42,482 nucleotides of DNA, from assembly GCA_045126415.1 (NCBI GenBank), contig JBGVOJ010000198.1:1-42482 (forward strand). The letters are read 5' to 3'. Origin of the DNA: Eubacteriales bacterium. Lineage in GTDB: Bacteria; Bacillota; Clostridia; Oscillospirales; CAG-272. Below the pieces are notes generated by a model. That model saw nothing but the letters and a program-made list of their open reading frames with translations. It searched no databases and was not told the DNA's origin. Positions 1 to 8,624 of this stretch are shown here, piece by piece. The translations under genes and the position numbers were made by a program. Position 1 is the first letter of the stretch. Each line of letters begins with the position of its first letter.

Positions 1-851
1 AAAAGGGGAAGATCGGCACGTCCGTGACACCGGCTGCCGGAAATTCCGCAGATAAACAGAGCAACGACCGCGAAAAATCCCGTCTCCTGACGGGAAATGA
101 AGAATTCCTGAAAGCACTGGATGTCGCCGACAAAAACGGCCGCATCCATGACAAAAAGCAGGCGAAGTTCCGCCAGATCTGCCGGTTCTCCGAGTACATC
201 GCGGAAGCGGCGGCAAAGCTGAATCCGGAAGGCGAACTTTACGTCTGTGACCTCTGCTGCGGCAAGAGCTATCTCAGCTTTGCGGCGTACCATGTGCTGA
301 CCGCCGTTCTCGGACGGCAGGTGAAAATGTCCTGCGTCGACCTCAAAAAGAGCGTCATTGACTACTGCGCGGACATCGCGAAGCAGGCGGGTATGGACGG
401 CATGGACTTCATCTGCGGAGACATCAACGAGTTTGAACCCCTGCGCAAGCCCGATCTGGTGATCTCGCTTCACGCCTGCGACATCGCGACGGATATCGTG
501 CTGAACTTTGCCGTACGGCATCACGCGGAAGCGATTCTGTCCACGCCGTGCTGTCATCACCAGATGAACCGCGAAATGGACTGCCCGACGCTTTCGTTCA
601 TTGCGGAACGTCCGGTGCTCCGTCAGAAACTGGCGGACGCGGCGACGGATGCGCTCCGTCTCCTCATGCTCGATGCGGCAGGCTACAAGACCGACGCGAC
701 CGAGTTTATCGATCCGGAAGACACGCCGAAGAACATCATGCTCCGTGCGCACCGCCGGAAGAACTGGCGGGAGGATTCCCGTGAGGCGGCGGACAAGTGT
801 GAACGCTACCGCGCGGCGTACTTCTTCATGTACGGGAAATACCCGGACTGA
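1..851 (+). CDS. SAM-dependent methyltransferase, 5'-partial (frame open to window edge)
   Basis: ORF 24..851. The same frame has no stop back to nt 3, so the true start is probably upstream of the window. YVCDLCCGKSYLS SAM-pocket-like motif and DLVISLHACD. TGA stop. Confidence 0.75.
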   Translation, partial: KGKIGTSVTPAAGNSADKQSNDREKSRLLTGNEEFLKALDVADKNGRIHDKKQAKFRQICRFSEYIAEAAAKLNPEGELYVCDLCCGKSYLSFAAYHVLTAVLGRQVKMSCVDLKKSVIDYCADIAKQAGMDGMDFICGDINEFEPLRKPDLVISLHACDIATDIVLNFAVRHHAEAILSTPCCHHQMNREMDCPTLSFIAERPVLRQKLADAATDALRLLMLDAAGYKTDATEFIDPEDTPKNIMLRAHRRKNWREDSREAADKCERYRAAYFFMYGKYPD

Positions 852-894
852 CAACGACCATCCTAAAATTTTACATAACGAAAGGCAAACGATT

Positions 895-2172
895 ATGGAA
901 ACTGCAGAACTTCTCAAGACCATATCCAGAGTCGACATTTCCGCGGACGAGCGTCTCGCCGCTCTTGCGGAGCTCAAGAAAAAGATCGACGCGGGCGAAA
1001 TTCCGACCCCTGAACGCGGAATTTTCGTCAACAACCACATTCACACCTCGTACTCGTTCTCGCCTTATACTCCCACCTCCGCAGTCTTCTACGCGTGGAA
1101 GGCAGGCCTCCGCACCGCCGGAATCATGGACCACGACAGCGTCGGCGGTACCAAGGAATTCATCAAGGCCGGTGAAATCATGAATATGCCGATCACCTGC
1201 GGCTTCGAATGCCGTGTGAACGTGGACGGAACTCCCCTCGTCGGACGCAAGATCAACAACCCCGACCAGAATTCCTGCGTGTACCTCGCGATGCACGGCA
1301 TTCCACACCAGAACATCGACCGTGCGGAAGAGCTGCTCTCCGGCATCCGTGAAAAGAGAAACCTCCGCAACCGCAGGATGTGTGACAACATCAACGAACT
1401 GGTGAAGGAAGTCGGCATCATTCTCGACTTTGACGCGGATGTATATCCGCTGTCCATGGCGCACGAAGGCGGCAGCGTGACCGAGCGTCACATCTGCTAT
1501 GCGCTGACCAAGAAGATCACCGGCAAGTATCCGAACCGTGCGGACGCGTGCGACTTCCTCGAAAAGATGACCGGCGTGCCGCTCGGCAAGACCCGTGAAA
1601 AGCTGATGACCGCTCCGGAAGAATTCTACGAATACGACATTCTCGGCGTTCTCAAGGGACATCTCGTCGGCAAGTTCTACGTCGATGCGACCGACGAATG
1701 CATCAACATCCGCGAATTCACCGCATTTGCGAAGGAACTCGGCGCGATCTCCGCGTACGCGTACCTCGGTGACGTCGGTGAATCCCCCACAGGCGACAAG
1801 AAGGCACAGAAGTTCGAAGACGACTACCTTGACGAACTGTTCAGCGTTCTCCGCGACTGCAGTTTCTCCGCTGTGACTTACATGCCGTCCAGAAATACCA
1901 AGGAACAGCTCCGCCGCGTCATGGATCTCTGCCATGCAAACGGTCTGTTCGAAATCTCCGGCGAAGACATCAATTCCCCGCGCCAGTCCTTCATCTGCCA
2001 GGCACTCGCTGATCCGGCATACGCGCATCTCCGTGAAGCGACCTACGCCCTGATCGGTCACGAAAAGGCGGCGACCGCGAACATCGACGATGCCATGTTT
2101 GCTCCCGCAAACACTGCCGCACTCGACGAAAAGATCAAGAAGTACGCAGCCATCGGCGGCTACGAAGGTTAA
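895..2172 (+). CDS. PHP-domain metal-dependent phosphoesterase
   Basis: In-frame part of ORF 601..2172. ATG 895 lies after the upstream stop. PHP motifs NNHIHTSYSFSPY and GIMDHDSVGG. 425 aa. Confidence 0.85.
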   Translation: METAELLKTISRVDISADERLAALAELKKKIDAGEIPTPERGIFVNNHIHTSYSFSPYTPTSAVFYAWKAGLRTAGIMDHDSVGGTKEFIKAGEIMNMPITCGFECRVNVDGTPLVGRKINNPDQNSCVYLAMHGIPHQNIDRAEELLSGIREKRNLRNRRMCDNINELVKEVGIILDFDADVYPLSMAHEGGSVTERHICYALTKKITGKYPNRADACDFLEKMTGVPLGKTREKLMTAPEEFYEYDILGVLKGHLVGKFYVDATDECINIREFTAFAKELGAISAYAYLGDVGESPTGDKKAQKFEDDYLDELFSVLRDCSFSAVTYMPSRNTKEQLRRVMDLCHANGLFEISGEDINSPRQSFICQALADPAYAHLREATYALIGHEKAATANIDDAMFAPANTAALDEKIKKYAAIGGYEG

Positions 2173-2215
2173 TTTTCAGCTCAATCTTACATTAATATAA
2201 AGGAGATCAGTCATC

Positions 2216-4165
2216 ATGAGCATTGAAACTCTTGTTGAATTTTCCAATCGGTACGGTAAAAATGCGGCGTTCGTTCTTGCGGGCGGCGGCAATACCTCCT
2301 ATAAGAATGACGAATACCTCTACATCAAGGGAAGCGGTACCTCCCTTGCGACCATCACGGCGGAAGGCTTCGTCAAGATGGAACGCGCGAGACTCGCGAA
2401 AATCTGGGAAAACCAGTATTCCGCAGATACTGCGACCCGCGAAGCGGAAGTTCTCCGCGACCTGATGGCATCCAAGGCGATCGGCGAAGAAGCAAAGCGT
2501 CCGTCCGTGGAAACCCTTCTTCATGACCTGTTCCCGCAGACCTTCATCCTCCACGTTCATCCGTCCTCCGTCAACGCAGTGACCTGCTGTGCCGGTGCGG
2601 AAGCAAAGGTGAAGGAACTCTTCCCGGAAGCCGTCTGGGTTGACGAATGTGAACCCGGTTACATCCTCGCGGCAAACTGCCGTCAGAAGCTCCTCGCGTA
2701 CACCGAAGCAACCGGCAAGGCTGCCAATGTTGTATTCCTCCAGAACCACGGTATCTTCTTCGCGGCAGATACTTCTGCGGAACTGGACGTTGTTGTTGCT
2801 TCCGTTATGGACAAGATCGCGGCTCTCCTCACAGTAAAGCCCGATTTCTCCGAATGCGAAACCGATACCGCAGCGGCTGCAAAGATCGCTCCCGTTCTCC
2901 GTATGACCTACGATGCAAACGGCGACGCGGCAGTTGTATTCACCTGCAACAAGGAAATCATGAAGTACGCGGCATCCGCGGAAGCGTTTGAAACCCTCCG
3001 TGAACCGCTGTCCCCCGACCACATCGTATACTGCAAGGCAGAACCCCTCTTCATCGAAGACTTTACCGTTGCAGGTATTCAGGCAGCATTCGCTGAACTG
3101 ACCGCACGCCGCGGCTTCCAGCCGAAGGTTGTTTTCGCGAAGGGCATCGGTATGTTCACCATCGGCAAGACCGTGAAGGAAGCAAAGACCGCTGCTGCTG
3201 TATGGCAGGATGCGATGACCATCACCACCCTTTCCGCAAACTTCGGCGGCGTACGCCACATGGCTCCCGCGATGGTTGACTTCATCGTGAACTGGGAAGT
3301 TGAAAGCTACCGTGCGAAGGTAAGCCTCGCAGGCGGTTCCGCAAAGGCTCTCGCAGGCAAGATCGCGATCGTTACCGGCAGCGCACAGGGCTTCGGCGCA
3401 GGTATTGCAAAGTACCTCGCAAACGAAGGCGCGTCCGTTGTAATCGCCGATATGAACATCGCCGGCGCGGAAAAGACCGCGGCGGAAATCACGGCGGAAA
3501 CCGGTGCGGCTACTCTTGCGGTTGCGGCAAACGTATCCGACGAAGACAGCGTACGCGCGATGATCGAAAAGACCGTTCTCGCGTTCGGCGGTCTCGACGT
3601 ATTCGTCAACAACGCGGGCATCGTCCGTGCAGGCTCCCTCGAAGAAATGACCAAGGCAAACTTTGAACTTGTTGCGGCGGTCAACTACACCGCATACTTC
3701 CTCTGCGCGAAGTACGCTTCCGCAGTCATGAAGCTCGAACGTGCGGCTTCTCCGGAATACATGACCGACATCGTGGAAATCAACTCCAAGTCCGGTCTGT
3801 CCGGTTCCAACAAGAACTTTGCGTACGCAGGTTCCAAGTTCGGCGGCATCGGTCTGACTCAGTCCTTTGCGATGGAACTGGCACCCTACGGCATTAAGGT
3901 CAACGCTGTCTGCCCGGGCAACTTCCTGAACGGTCCGCTGTGGTCCGATCCGGAAAAGGGTCTGTTCGTTCAGTACCTGAACGCAGGCAAGGTTCCCGGC
4001 GCGAAGACCGTGGAAGACGTCAAGAAGTTCTACGAATCCAAGGTTCCGCTCGGACGCGGCTGTGAAATCGAAGACGTCGCAAAGGCCGTCCTCTACATTA
4101 TCGACCAGAAGTACGAAACCGGTCAGGCAGTCCCTGTAACCGGCGGTCAGGAAATGCTGAAGTAA
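2216..4165 (+). CDS. Bifunctional class II aldolase/adducin-domain + short-chain dehydrogenase (rhamnulose-1-P aldolase/SDR-like)
   Basis: 649 aa. N-terminal aldolase-II-like half. C-terminal SDR with TGSAQGFGAGIA (TGxxxGxG) and YAGSKFG (YxxxK). RBS aaaggag upstream. Confidence 0.9.
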   Translation: MSIETLVEFSNRYGKNAAFVLAGGGNTSYKNDEYLYIKGSGTSLATITAEGFVKMERARLAKIWENQYSADTATREAEVLRDLMASKAIGEEAKRPSVETLLHDLFPQTFILHVHPSSVNAVTCCAGAEAKVKELFPEAVWVDECEPGYILAANCRQKLLAYTEATGKAANVVFLQNHGIFFAADTSAELDVVVASVMDKIAALLTVKPDFSECETDTAAAAKIAPVLRMTYDANGDAAVVFTCNKEIMKYAASAEAFETLREPLSPDHIVYCKAEPLFIEDFTVAGIQAAFAELTARRGFQPKVVFAKGIGMFTIGKTVKEAKTAAAVWQDAMTITTLSANFGGVRHMAPAMVDFIVNWEVESYRAKVSLAGGSAKALAGKIAIVTGSAQGFGAGIAKYLANEGASVVIADMNIAGAEKTAAEITAETGAATLAVAANVSDEDSVRAMIEKTVLAFGGLDVFVNNAGIVRAGSLEEMTKANFELVAAVNYTAYFLCAKYASAVMKLERAASPEYMTDIVEINSKSGLSGSNKNFAYAGSKFGGIGLTQSFAMELAPYGIKVNAVCPGNFLNGPLWSDPEKGLFVQYLNAGKVPGAKTVEDVKKFYESKVPLGRGCEIEDVAKAVLYIIDQKYETGQAVPVTGGQEMLK

Positions 4166-4178
4166 AATATAGTTTTTT

Positions 4179-4238
4179 GGGGGAAACCTTTTTGAGGAAA
4201 AGGTTTCCCCCAAACCCCTTTCCAAAACCTTTTTGAAC
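4179..4238 (+). repeat. Intergenic palindromic element, copy A (type 2, ACC/GGT stem)
   Basis: GGGGGAAACCTTTT-tGAGG-AAAAGGTTTCCCCC hairpin 4179-4211 plus tail AAACCCCTTTCCAAAACCTTTTTGAAC. Starts 13 nt after the stop at 4165. Confidence 0.9.
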
Positions 4239-4255
4239 TGGAAAGGGGATTTTTT
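4215..4255 (+). terminator. Rho-independent terminator built from the tail of copy A
   Basis: CCCCTTTCCA (4215-4224) pairs with TGGAAAGGGG (4239-4248), followed by T6 (4250-4255). Confidence 0.65.
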
Positions 4256-4263
4256 ATATTTGT

Positions 4264-4328
4264 TTGTAAAGGAAACTTGACAGTGCGGCGATTTTATGCT
4301 ATAATCGCATTGTAAAGGAAACTTGACA
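4264..4328 (+). promoter_or_regulatory. Two perfect 19-bp direct repeats (TTGTAAAGGAAACTTGACA), candidate operator pair
   Basis: Identical 19-mers at 4264-4282 and 4310-4328. The first overlaps the -35. The second lies between the -10 and the RBS of the XRE gene. Confidence 0.6.
4277..4305 (+). promoter_or_regulatory. Consensus sigma-70/SigA-type promoter
   Basis: TTGACA (4277-4282), 17-nt spacer, TATAAT (4300-4305). Lies 39 nt upstream of the TTG start at 4344. Confidence 0.65.
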
Positions 4329-4343
4329 ACGGGTGGTGATTGA

Positions 4344-4553
4344 TTGAAGAACAGGGTGGAAGAACTGCGGAAGGAACGCGGGATCAGCCAGTACGAATTC
4401 GCACGGGCGATCCGGGTTTCGAGGCAGACGGTCAGTTCGATTGAAAACGGGAAGTACAACCCGTCGCTGGAACTGGCATTTATGATTGCGGAATATTTCG
4501 GAATGAAGATTGAGGAGATTTTTCTCCGGGAAAGGAGTACAAAGCATGAATAA
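4344..4553 (+). CDS. Small XRE-family helix-turn-helix transcriptional regulator
   Basis: 69 aa, TTG start. MKNRVEELRKERGISQYEFA..RQTVSSIENGKYNPSLELA is a typical Cro/C1 HTH. Confidence 0.9.
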   Translation: MKNRVEELRKERGISQYEFARAIRVSRQTVSSIENGKYNPSLELAFMIAEYFGMKIEEIFLRERSTKHE

Positions 4554-4989
4554 ACGGCATCTGATCGACGGAATCGCCTGTATTGTAATCGCGGGGATCG
4601 CATTTCTGCTGACCTTTCATCCGGCGATCCTGACCCCGGGACGGCTGACCAGTCTGGCTGTGATCTACATGATTCTCGGGTTGAAAGCAGTCATCCGGTA
4701 TTTTTATTACAATTCTCCCCGATACCGGGATTTCTACCATGAAAAGCTCGAATACGAAGCCATCGAAGAAAACGACGAACGCCGGATCCGGCTCTGCGAG
4801 AAAACCGGTTGGTACACCTATCAGTTCGGGCAGGAACTTCTTGTGGTCATGATTATCGTCTGTGCGATTCTGGATTCCTTCGGGCTGCTCGAAAACGCGG
4901 ACACATTCACTCTCGTGCTGGCGGGTTATATGATTCTGCAGGGCATCGCGGAACAGGTGATTTTCCGGTATCTCAGCAAAAAATACTGA
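4546..4989 (+). CDS. Four-TM membrane protein, translationally coupled to the XRE gene
   Basis: ATG 4546 with RBS aaaggag (4531-4537). Overlaps the XRE stop by 8 nt. 147 aa with four hydrophobic segments. No family recognised. Confidence 0.7.
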   Translation: MNKRHLIDGIACIVIAGIAFLLTFHPAILTPGRLTSLAVIYMILGLKAVIRYFYYNSPRYRDFYHEKLEYEAIEENDERRIRLCEKTGWYTYQFGQELLVVMIIVCAILDSFGLLENADTFTLVLAGYMILQGIAEQVIFRYLSKKY

Positions 4990-5058
4990 GTTTTTCATAC
5001 AACTTCGGTATGGTGAAACGCCCCAAATTCCGTTTGGTTTAATTGGCTAGAATGTTCA

Positions 5059-5087
5059 TTGACAAATATCGTTATTTATAGTATAAT
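5059..5087 (+). promoter_or_regulatory. Consensus sigma-70/SigA-type promoter for the blaI-like operon
   Basis: TTGACA (5059-5064), 17-nt spacer, TATAAT (5082-5087). Confidence 0.6.
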
Positions 5088-5155
5088 TGCTGTATGTGAA
5101 TCGGCGCGTTTTTTGTGACTTTTTTATGTACGCGCCATAAAGGAGAACATTATCC

Positions 5156-5554
5156 ATGAGAGGAAGAAGAAAAACTGTGAAAATATCCGAAGCGGAATGG
5201 AGCATCATGAAGGTACTGTGGGACGGCTGTGACCGGAATGACCGCGGCATGACCCTCGGCGAGATCGTAGCCGCGCTTGCCGAAACGTCCGACTGGAGCA
5301 ATACCACTATCCGTACCCTGATTATCCGTCTGGCGGAAAAGGGCGCGGTCGACATCGACAAGACCACCGGTGTTTACAAGTACACGCCCCGTACCTCCAA
5401 GGAAGACTGCGTGAAGAGTGAAGTGGAATCCTTTATCGAACGTGTTTTCGACAATTCCACCTACAAGCTCATGGCGTCCCTCGTTCGTGAAGGGCGTCTG
5501 ACCGACAAGGAAAAGAAGGACATCATCAATATTTTAAGCGACATCGAAGACTGA
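5156..5554 (+). CDS. BlaI/MecI/CopY-family transcriptional repressor
   Basis: 132 aa. ISEAEWSIMKVLW..TLGEIV...WSNTTIRTLIIRLAEKGAV is a winged-helix Penicillinase_R pattern. RBS aaaggag. Confidence 0.9.
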   Translation: MRGRRKTVKISEAEWSIMKVLWDGCDRNDRGMTLGEIVAALAETSDWSNTTIRTLIIRLAEKGAVDIDKTTGVYKYTPRTSKEDCVKSEVESFIERVFDNSTYKLMASLVREGRLTDKEKKDIINILSDIED

Positions 5555-5595
5555 AAATTATAAGTTTAAACAAAACGATATGATCCCTTTTGTTT

Positions 5596-5694
5596 AAAAG
5601 GTTTTTGGAAGGGGTTCGGGGAAACCACGGAGGTTACGGAGTAACCTCCAGAAGGAACGAAGTTCCTTCATTTTTCCTTAAAAAAGGTTTCCCC
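5596..5694 (-). repeat. Intergenic palindromic element, copy B (type 2) with 44-nt nested insertion
   Basis: Reverse-complemented tail at 5596-5617. Arm GGGGAAACC at 5618-5626. Insert at 5627-5670 holds two perfect hairpins (5629-5649 and 5651-5669). TTTTTCCTTAAAAAAGGTTTCCCC at 5671-5694. Confidence 0.85.
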
Positions 5695-5723
5695 GAGAAA
5701 CATCCCCCTGTAAGGTAACTTTT

Positions 5724-7928
5724 ATGGCGGAATTTTTAGTACTGTTATTGATGCAGGTTACTGTTTTTTCGTCAGTCACAGCTTTGATACTGATTGCGGT
5801 CAAGCAGATCTTCAAGTGCCGGATTCCGCCGCTCATCGGAACGATGATGTGGGTCGTGCTTCTGGCGCGGCTGGTCTGTCCGATCTTTCCGGAGAGCAGC
5901 ATTTCGGTCTATAATTTCATTCCCGTCGGGCGGAACATCATGTTTACGCTGACATATGATGTCGGCGTGAGTCTGGAAGAGCAGGAAGCTGCCTTTTCGG
6001 AACGGGAGAATCCGTATGTTCTGCACGGGCTTCCGTCAGAAGAGTCGCAGGAACCTGCGGTGGGGATGTCCGCGGATGAGACGGGAACTCTTTCGCTCGG
6101 GGAATATCTGGGCGAAGCCATCGCGGATGAAAAAGAGGAGGCCGTTGTCTACACGAGACAGCTCAATCTGGCGATTCTGTTCGGGTATGCTGCCGGAATC
6201 GTTGGAATGCTGACTTATCACATTGCTGCGTATTTCCGTGCGAAGCGGATGGCAATGCTTCTTTCCTCGCCGTGTGAGGACGAGGAACTGCTGAAGATCT
6301 ACCGGAATGCGGCAGCTTCTGCGGGGATCTCCATCTATGCTCTTCCGGAACTGCGGGTCGGTTTTTCTTCCATGGTTGTCGGATGCGTGAAGCCGTGCAT
6401 TATCTGCCGGGACGGCACCGATGAACGGGAAGCCGGCATGATGTTCGCGCATGAGCTGATCCACTACAAGCATCACGACAACGCGCTGCTCCTGTTTGCG
6501 ACGCTGATCGCCTGCCTCTACTGGTACAATCCGCTGATCTGGATCGTCCGTGCGATGCTGCGGGAGGACATTGAGCTTCTCTGCGACTCCCGGACGCTGG
6601 AGGAATGCGGAATCGTAGGAACGGATTACGCGATGATGCTGTGCCGGAACTCGGCGTTCAATGAGCTTGCATACAGTGCCGGATGTCATATGTCGGCAAG
6701 CGGACGGCATCTCAAGACCAGACTCCGGACGATCTCCCTGCGTAAACGCCGGAATTTTTTCTCGCGTGCAGGGTCCGTTCTGCTGTGCACCGCGATTATT
6801 ATGCTGTGCCTGACCAATCCCATTGTCTCGCAGAGCAGTGAATACTCTACATACATTGAACATTATGCCGCCCTGACCGGAGCCGACAAACGGACAATGC
6901 ATCTGCAGTCCGGTGTGACGGTTTCAGATTATCTCGGGCAGATCGGTACCCTGGTAACACAGAAAGCGGGTACGGAGGCCTGGCGGAAGATCGGCGGCAA
7001 TCTGGAAAAATTCAAGCGGATCTGCGAAGCGGATACCACCATTTCGTCCGCTGTGAAGCAGGATGTACGCAAGCTGAAGACGGATGAACTTCTGACCAGC
7101 AAGAGCTGTGCACTCATCACGGACTGCATGGTGCATCTGCTGTCCGGCGGAAAAACATTTGGTGCGGAGGAGCTTCTTCTCCTGCCGGATGTGATCGGAA
7201 CGGCGGACATGGAAGCACTGCTTGTGAACCTGACGGAAAATGAAGGAAACGCTGTGTTATCCTGTTATAACCGCGGGGTACGCGGTGCGGACGTGCAGTT
7301 TGCAAGGATTTACACGAGCGCGATGATGGAGCTGATTCTCTCGCGCATCAACGACGACTGGTTGAAGCTGAAGGTTCTCGGGTTCTACCAGAAGGTTGAG
7401 GGGGAACGGCTGTCGGACTATGCAATGAGTGAAGCAATGCGGACAGCTCTCGAAGCGGTCGGTGCGGGACGGGATTTCTACATCCTTGACCCGAACACTA
7501 CGCAGGCGGAAGAAAATCTCCTGCGAAATATTCTTGCTTTTGCGGCGGCCGGAGAGGACGAAAACGTCTATTACCGGAAAGGTGCAGAGGACGGATGCGA
7601 CTGGGAGACTGCGGCGTTCCTGTTCTACCGTGCCGGATATACGCATGAAGCGATGTTCCGGAATTATGCGGAGATCGGCGATAACAACGCACGGCTTGCC
7701 GTGGATGCCGTGGTGTATCCGGTTCTGCGGGATGTGCGGAACATCACGCTGCGCGGAACGGGTACGGCAGGAGCACGCGCGGCTCTGCTGAATGTGTACG
7801 CGCTGGGAATCCTTGACGCGGACGCAGGTGTTCTCGATATGAACGAACGCCTGAACTGCGGCGAAAGTCTTGCCGCAGCGTATCGTCTGGTGTATTATGC
7901 CGTCGGAACAGATATGGCTGTGAACTGA
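5724..7928 (+). CDS. M56-family (BlaR1/MecR1-like) membrane metalloprotease/sensor with a non-PBP C-terminal domain
   Basis: 734 aa. HELIH zinc motif at residues 243-247. N-terminal TM helices. About 365 aa of soluble C-terminal domain that I cannot assign. Confidence 0.85.
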   Translation: MAEFLVLLLMQVTVFSSVTALILIAVKQIFKCRIPPLIGTMMWVVLLARLVCPIFPESSISVYNFIPVGRNIMFTLTYDVGVSLEEQEAAFSERENPYVLHGLPSEESQEPAVGMSADETGTLSLGEYLGEAIADEKEEAVVYTRQLNLAILFGYAAGIVGMLTYHIAAYFRAKRMAMLLSSPCEDEELLKIYRNAAASAGISIYALPELRVGFSSMVVGCVKPCIICRDGTDEREAGMMFAHELIHYKHHDNALLLFATLIACLYWYNPLIWIVRAMLREDIELLCDSRTLEECGIVGTDYAMMLCRNSAFNELAYSAGCHMSASGRHLKTRLRTISLRKRRNFFSRAGSVLLCTAIIMLCLTNPIVSQSSEYSTYIEHYAALTGADKRTMHLQSGVTVSDYLGQIGTLVTQKAGTEAWRKIGGNLEKFKRICEADTTISSAVKQDVRKLKTDELLTSKSCALITDCMVHLLSGGKTFGAEELLLLPDVIGTADMEALLVNLTENEGNAVLSCYNRGVRGADVQFARIYTSAMMELILSRINDDWLKLKVLGFYQKVEGERLSDYAMSEAMRTALEAVGAGRDFYILDPNTTQAEENLLRNILAFAAAGEDENVYYRKGAEDGCDWETAAFLFYRAGYTHEAMFRNYAEIGDNNARLAVDAVVYPVLRDVRNITLRGTGTAGARAALLNVYALGILDADAGVLDMNERLNCGESLAAAYRLVYYAVGTDMAVN

Positions 7929-7943
7929 ATGAAACAGAAAATC

Positions 7944-8000
7944 GGGGGAAACTTTTTCGAAAAAGAGTTTCCCCCGAACCCCTTTCAAAAAACTTCAATC
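7944..8000 (+). repeat. Intergenic palindromic element, copy C (type 1)
   Basis: GGGGGAAACTTTTTCGAAAAAGAGTTTCCCCC plus tail GAACCCCTTTCAAAAAACTTCAATC. Starts 15 nt after the stop at 7928. Confidence 0.9.
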
Positions 8001-8018
8001 GAGGACAGATTGGAGTTT

Positions 8019-8441
8019 TTATTCTTTGAGCTGATAGAGATAATAGGTATCTTTGTTTTCATCGTAGACGGCGATGGCGTTTTCGTTGTCGAGGACAGCG
8101 TAGAAGGGAGAACCGAAGATACGGAACGGTGAGGTGTTGTCGGGAAGGATGTATTCCTCAAAATTTTCGATGTATGAGGGAACATCATTATCGGTATATC
8201 CGAGAAGTTTACCGACATTTTCGAGGAAAACTTCTGTCTCGTTCCAGTCACCCTCATAGATATGTCCGTTGTATTTGACAAAGTCACTCCATTCTATATA
8301 TACCGGCGCAGGAGTATCTCTTGCGACAGTTTCCCCGATCGCACTCGGCGGTGAGGCTGTTTCGGCGGAATCCTCCGGCTTATGATTGCAGGCGAGCAGG
8401 CAAAGGATGATACAGAGAGCGATCAGCAGCAGTTTCAGCAT
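8019..8441 (-). CDS. Hypothetical lipoprotein
   Basis: 140 aa. Signal peptide with lipobox LLAC. RBS ggagg. Lower GC than neighbours. Confidence 0.7.
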   Translation of the reverse strand: MLKLLLIALCIILCLLACNHKPEDSAETASPPSAIGETVARDTPAPVYIEWSDFVKYNGHIYEGDWNETEVFLENVGKLLGYTDNDVPSYIENFEEYILPDNTSPFRIFGSPFYAVLDNENAIAVYDENKDTYYLYQLKE

Positions 8442-8571
8442 GGGAATATCCTCCGTTCGCAGTGTTTTCTGATAATATAGACGAACGAAAGCGGCAATTT
8501 GTTCCGGATTTTGCGATACTTTTTATCTATAATTCAACTATTGAATTTTCATTATTTACAAAATACTGATA

Positions 8572-8593
8572 ATGTGTTATCATTAAAACACAT
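8572..8593. promoter_or_regulatory. Inverted repeat ATGTGTT-N8-AACACAT (LysR-type T-N11-A-like box)
   Basis: 7-bp arms at 8572-8578 and 8587-8593, in the divergent region between the lipoprotein gene and the LysR gene. Confidence 0.4.
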
Positions 8594-8624
8594 ATTAACG
8601 GGGAAACCATCATGGGGGTTCACT

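Noticed and set aside
601-894. N-terminal extension of ORF 601..2172, which would give a 523-aa protein.
   Set aside because: The extension overlaps the methyltransferase gene in another frame and is Arg/Ser/Thr junk. The PHP homology begins after ATG 895.
2207-4603. 798-aa ORF on the minus strand. Similar long antisense ORFs are 871..2061, 8610..9584, 9764..10921, 11150..12307, 12399..13709, 13796..15586, 18992..20917, 23612..24628, 25911..26939, 28517..29584, 29553..30761, 31270..33522, 34128..35459, 36242..36916, 38288..40057 and 40326..41144.
   Set aside because: Each lies exactly antisense to a gene with clear family motifs. Their translations are low-complexity (Arg/Gly/Val/His-rich) with no recognisable domain. 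Such shadow ORFs are expected opposite GC-rich, codon-biased genes.
7929-8132. Short ORFs seeded by the repeat element: 7929..8132, 7744..7998, 11160..11363, 20595..20777, and the leading parts of 9590..11041, 11150..12307 and 27191..28099.
   Set aside because: Their only shared content is the translated palindromic element (peptides such as FEKGFGEKLF and NPFQKTS). They have no RBS or coding-like continuation and overlap real genes.
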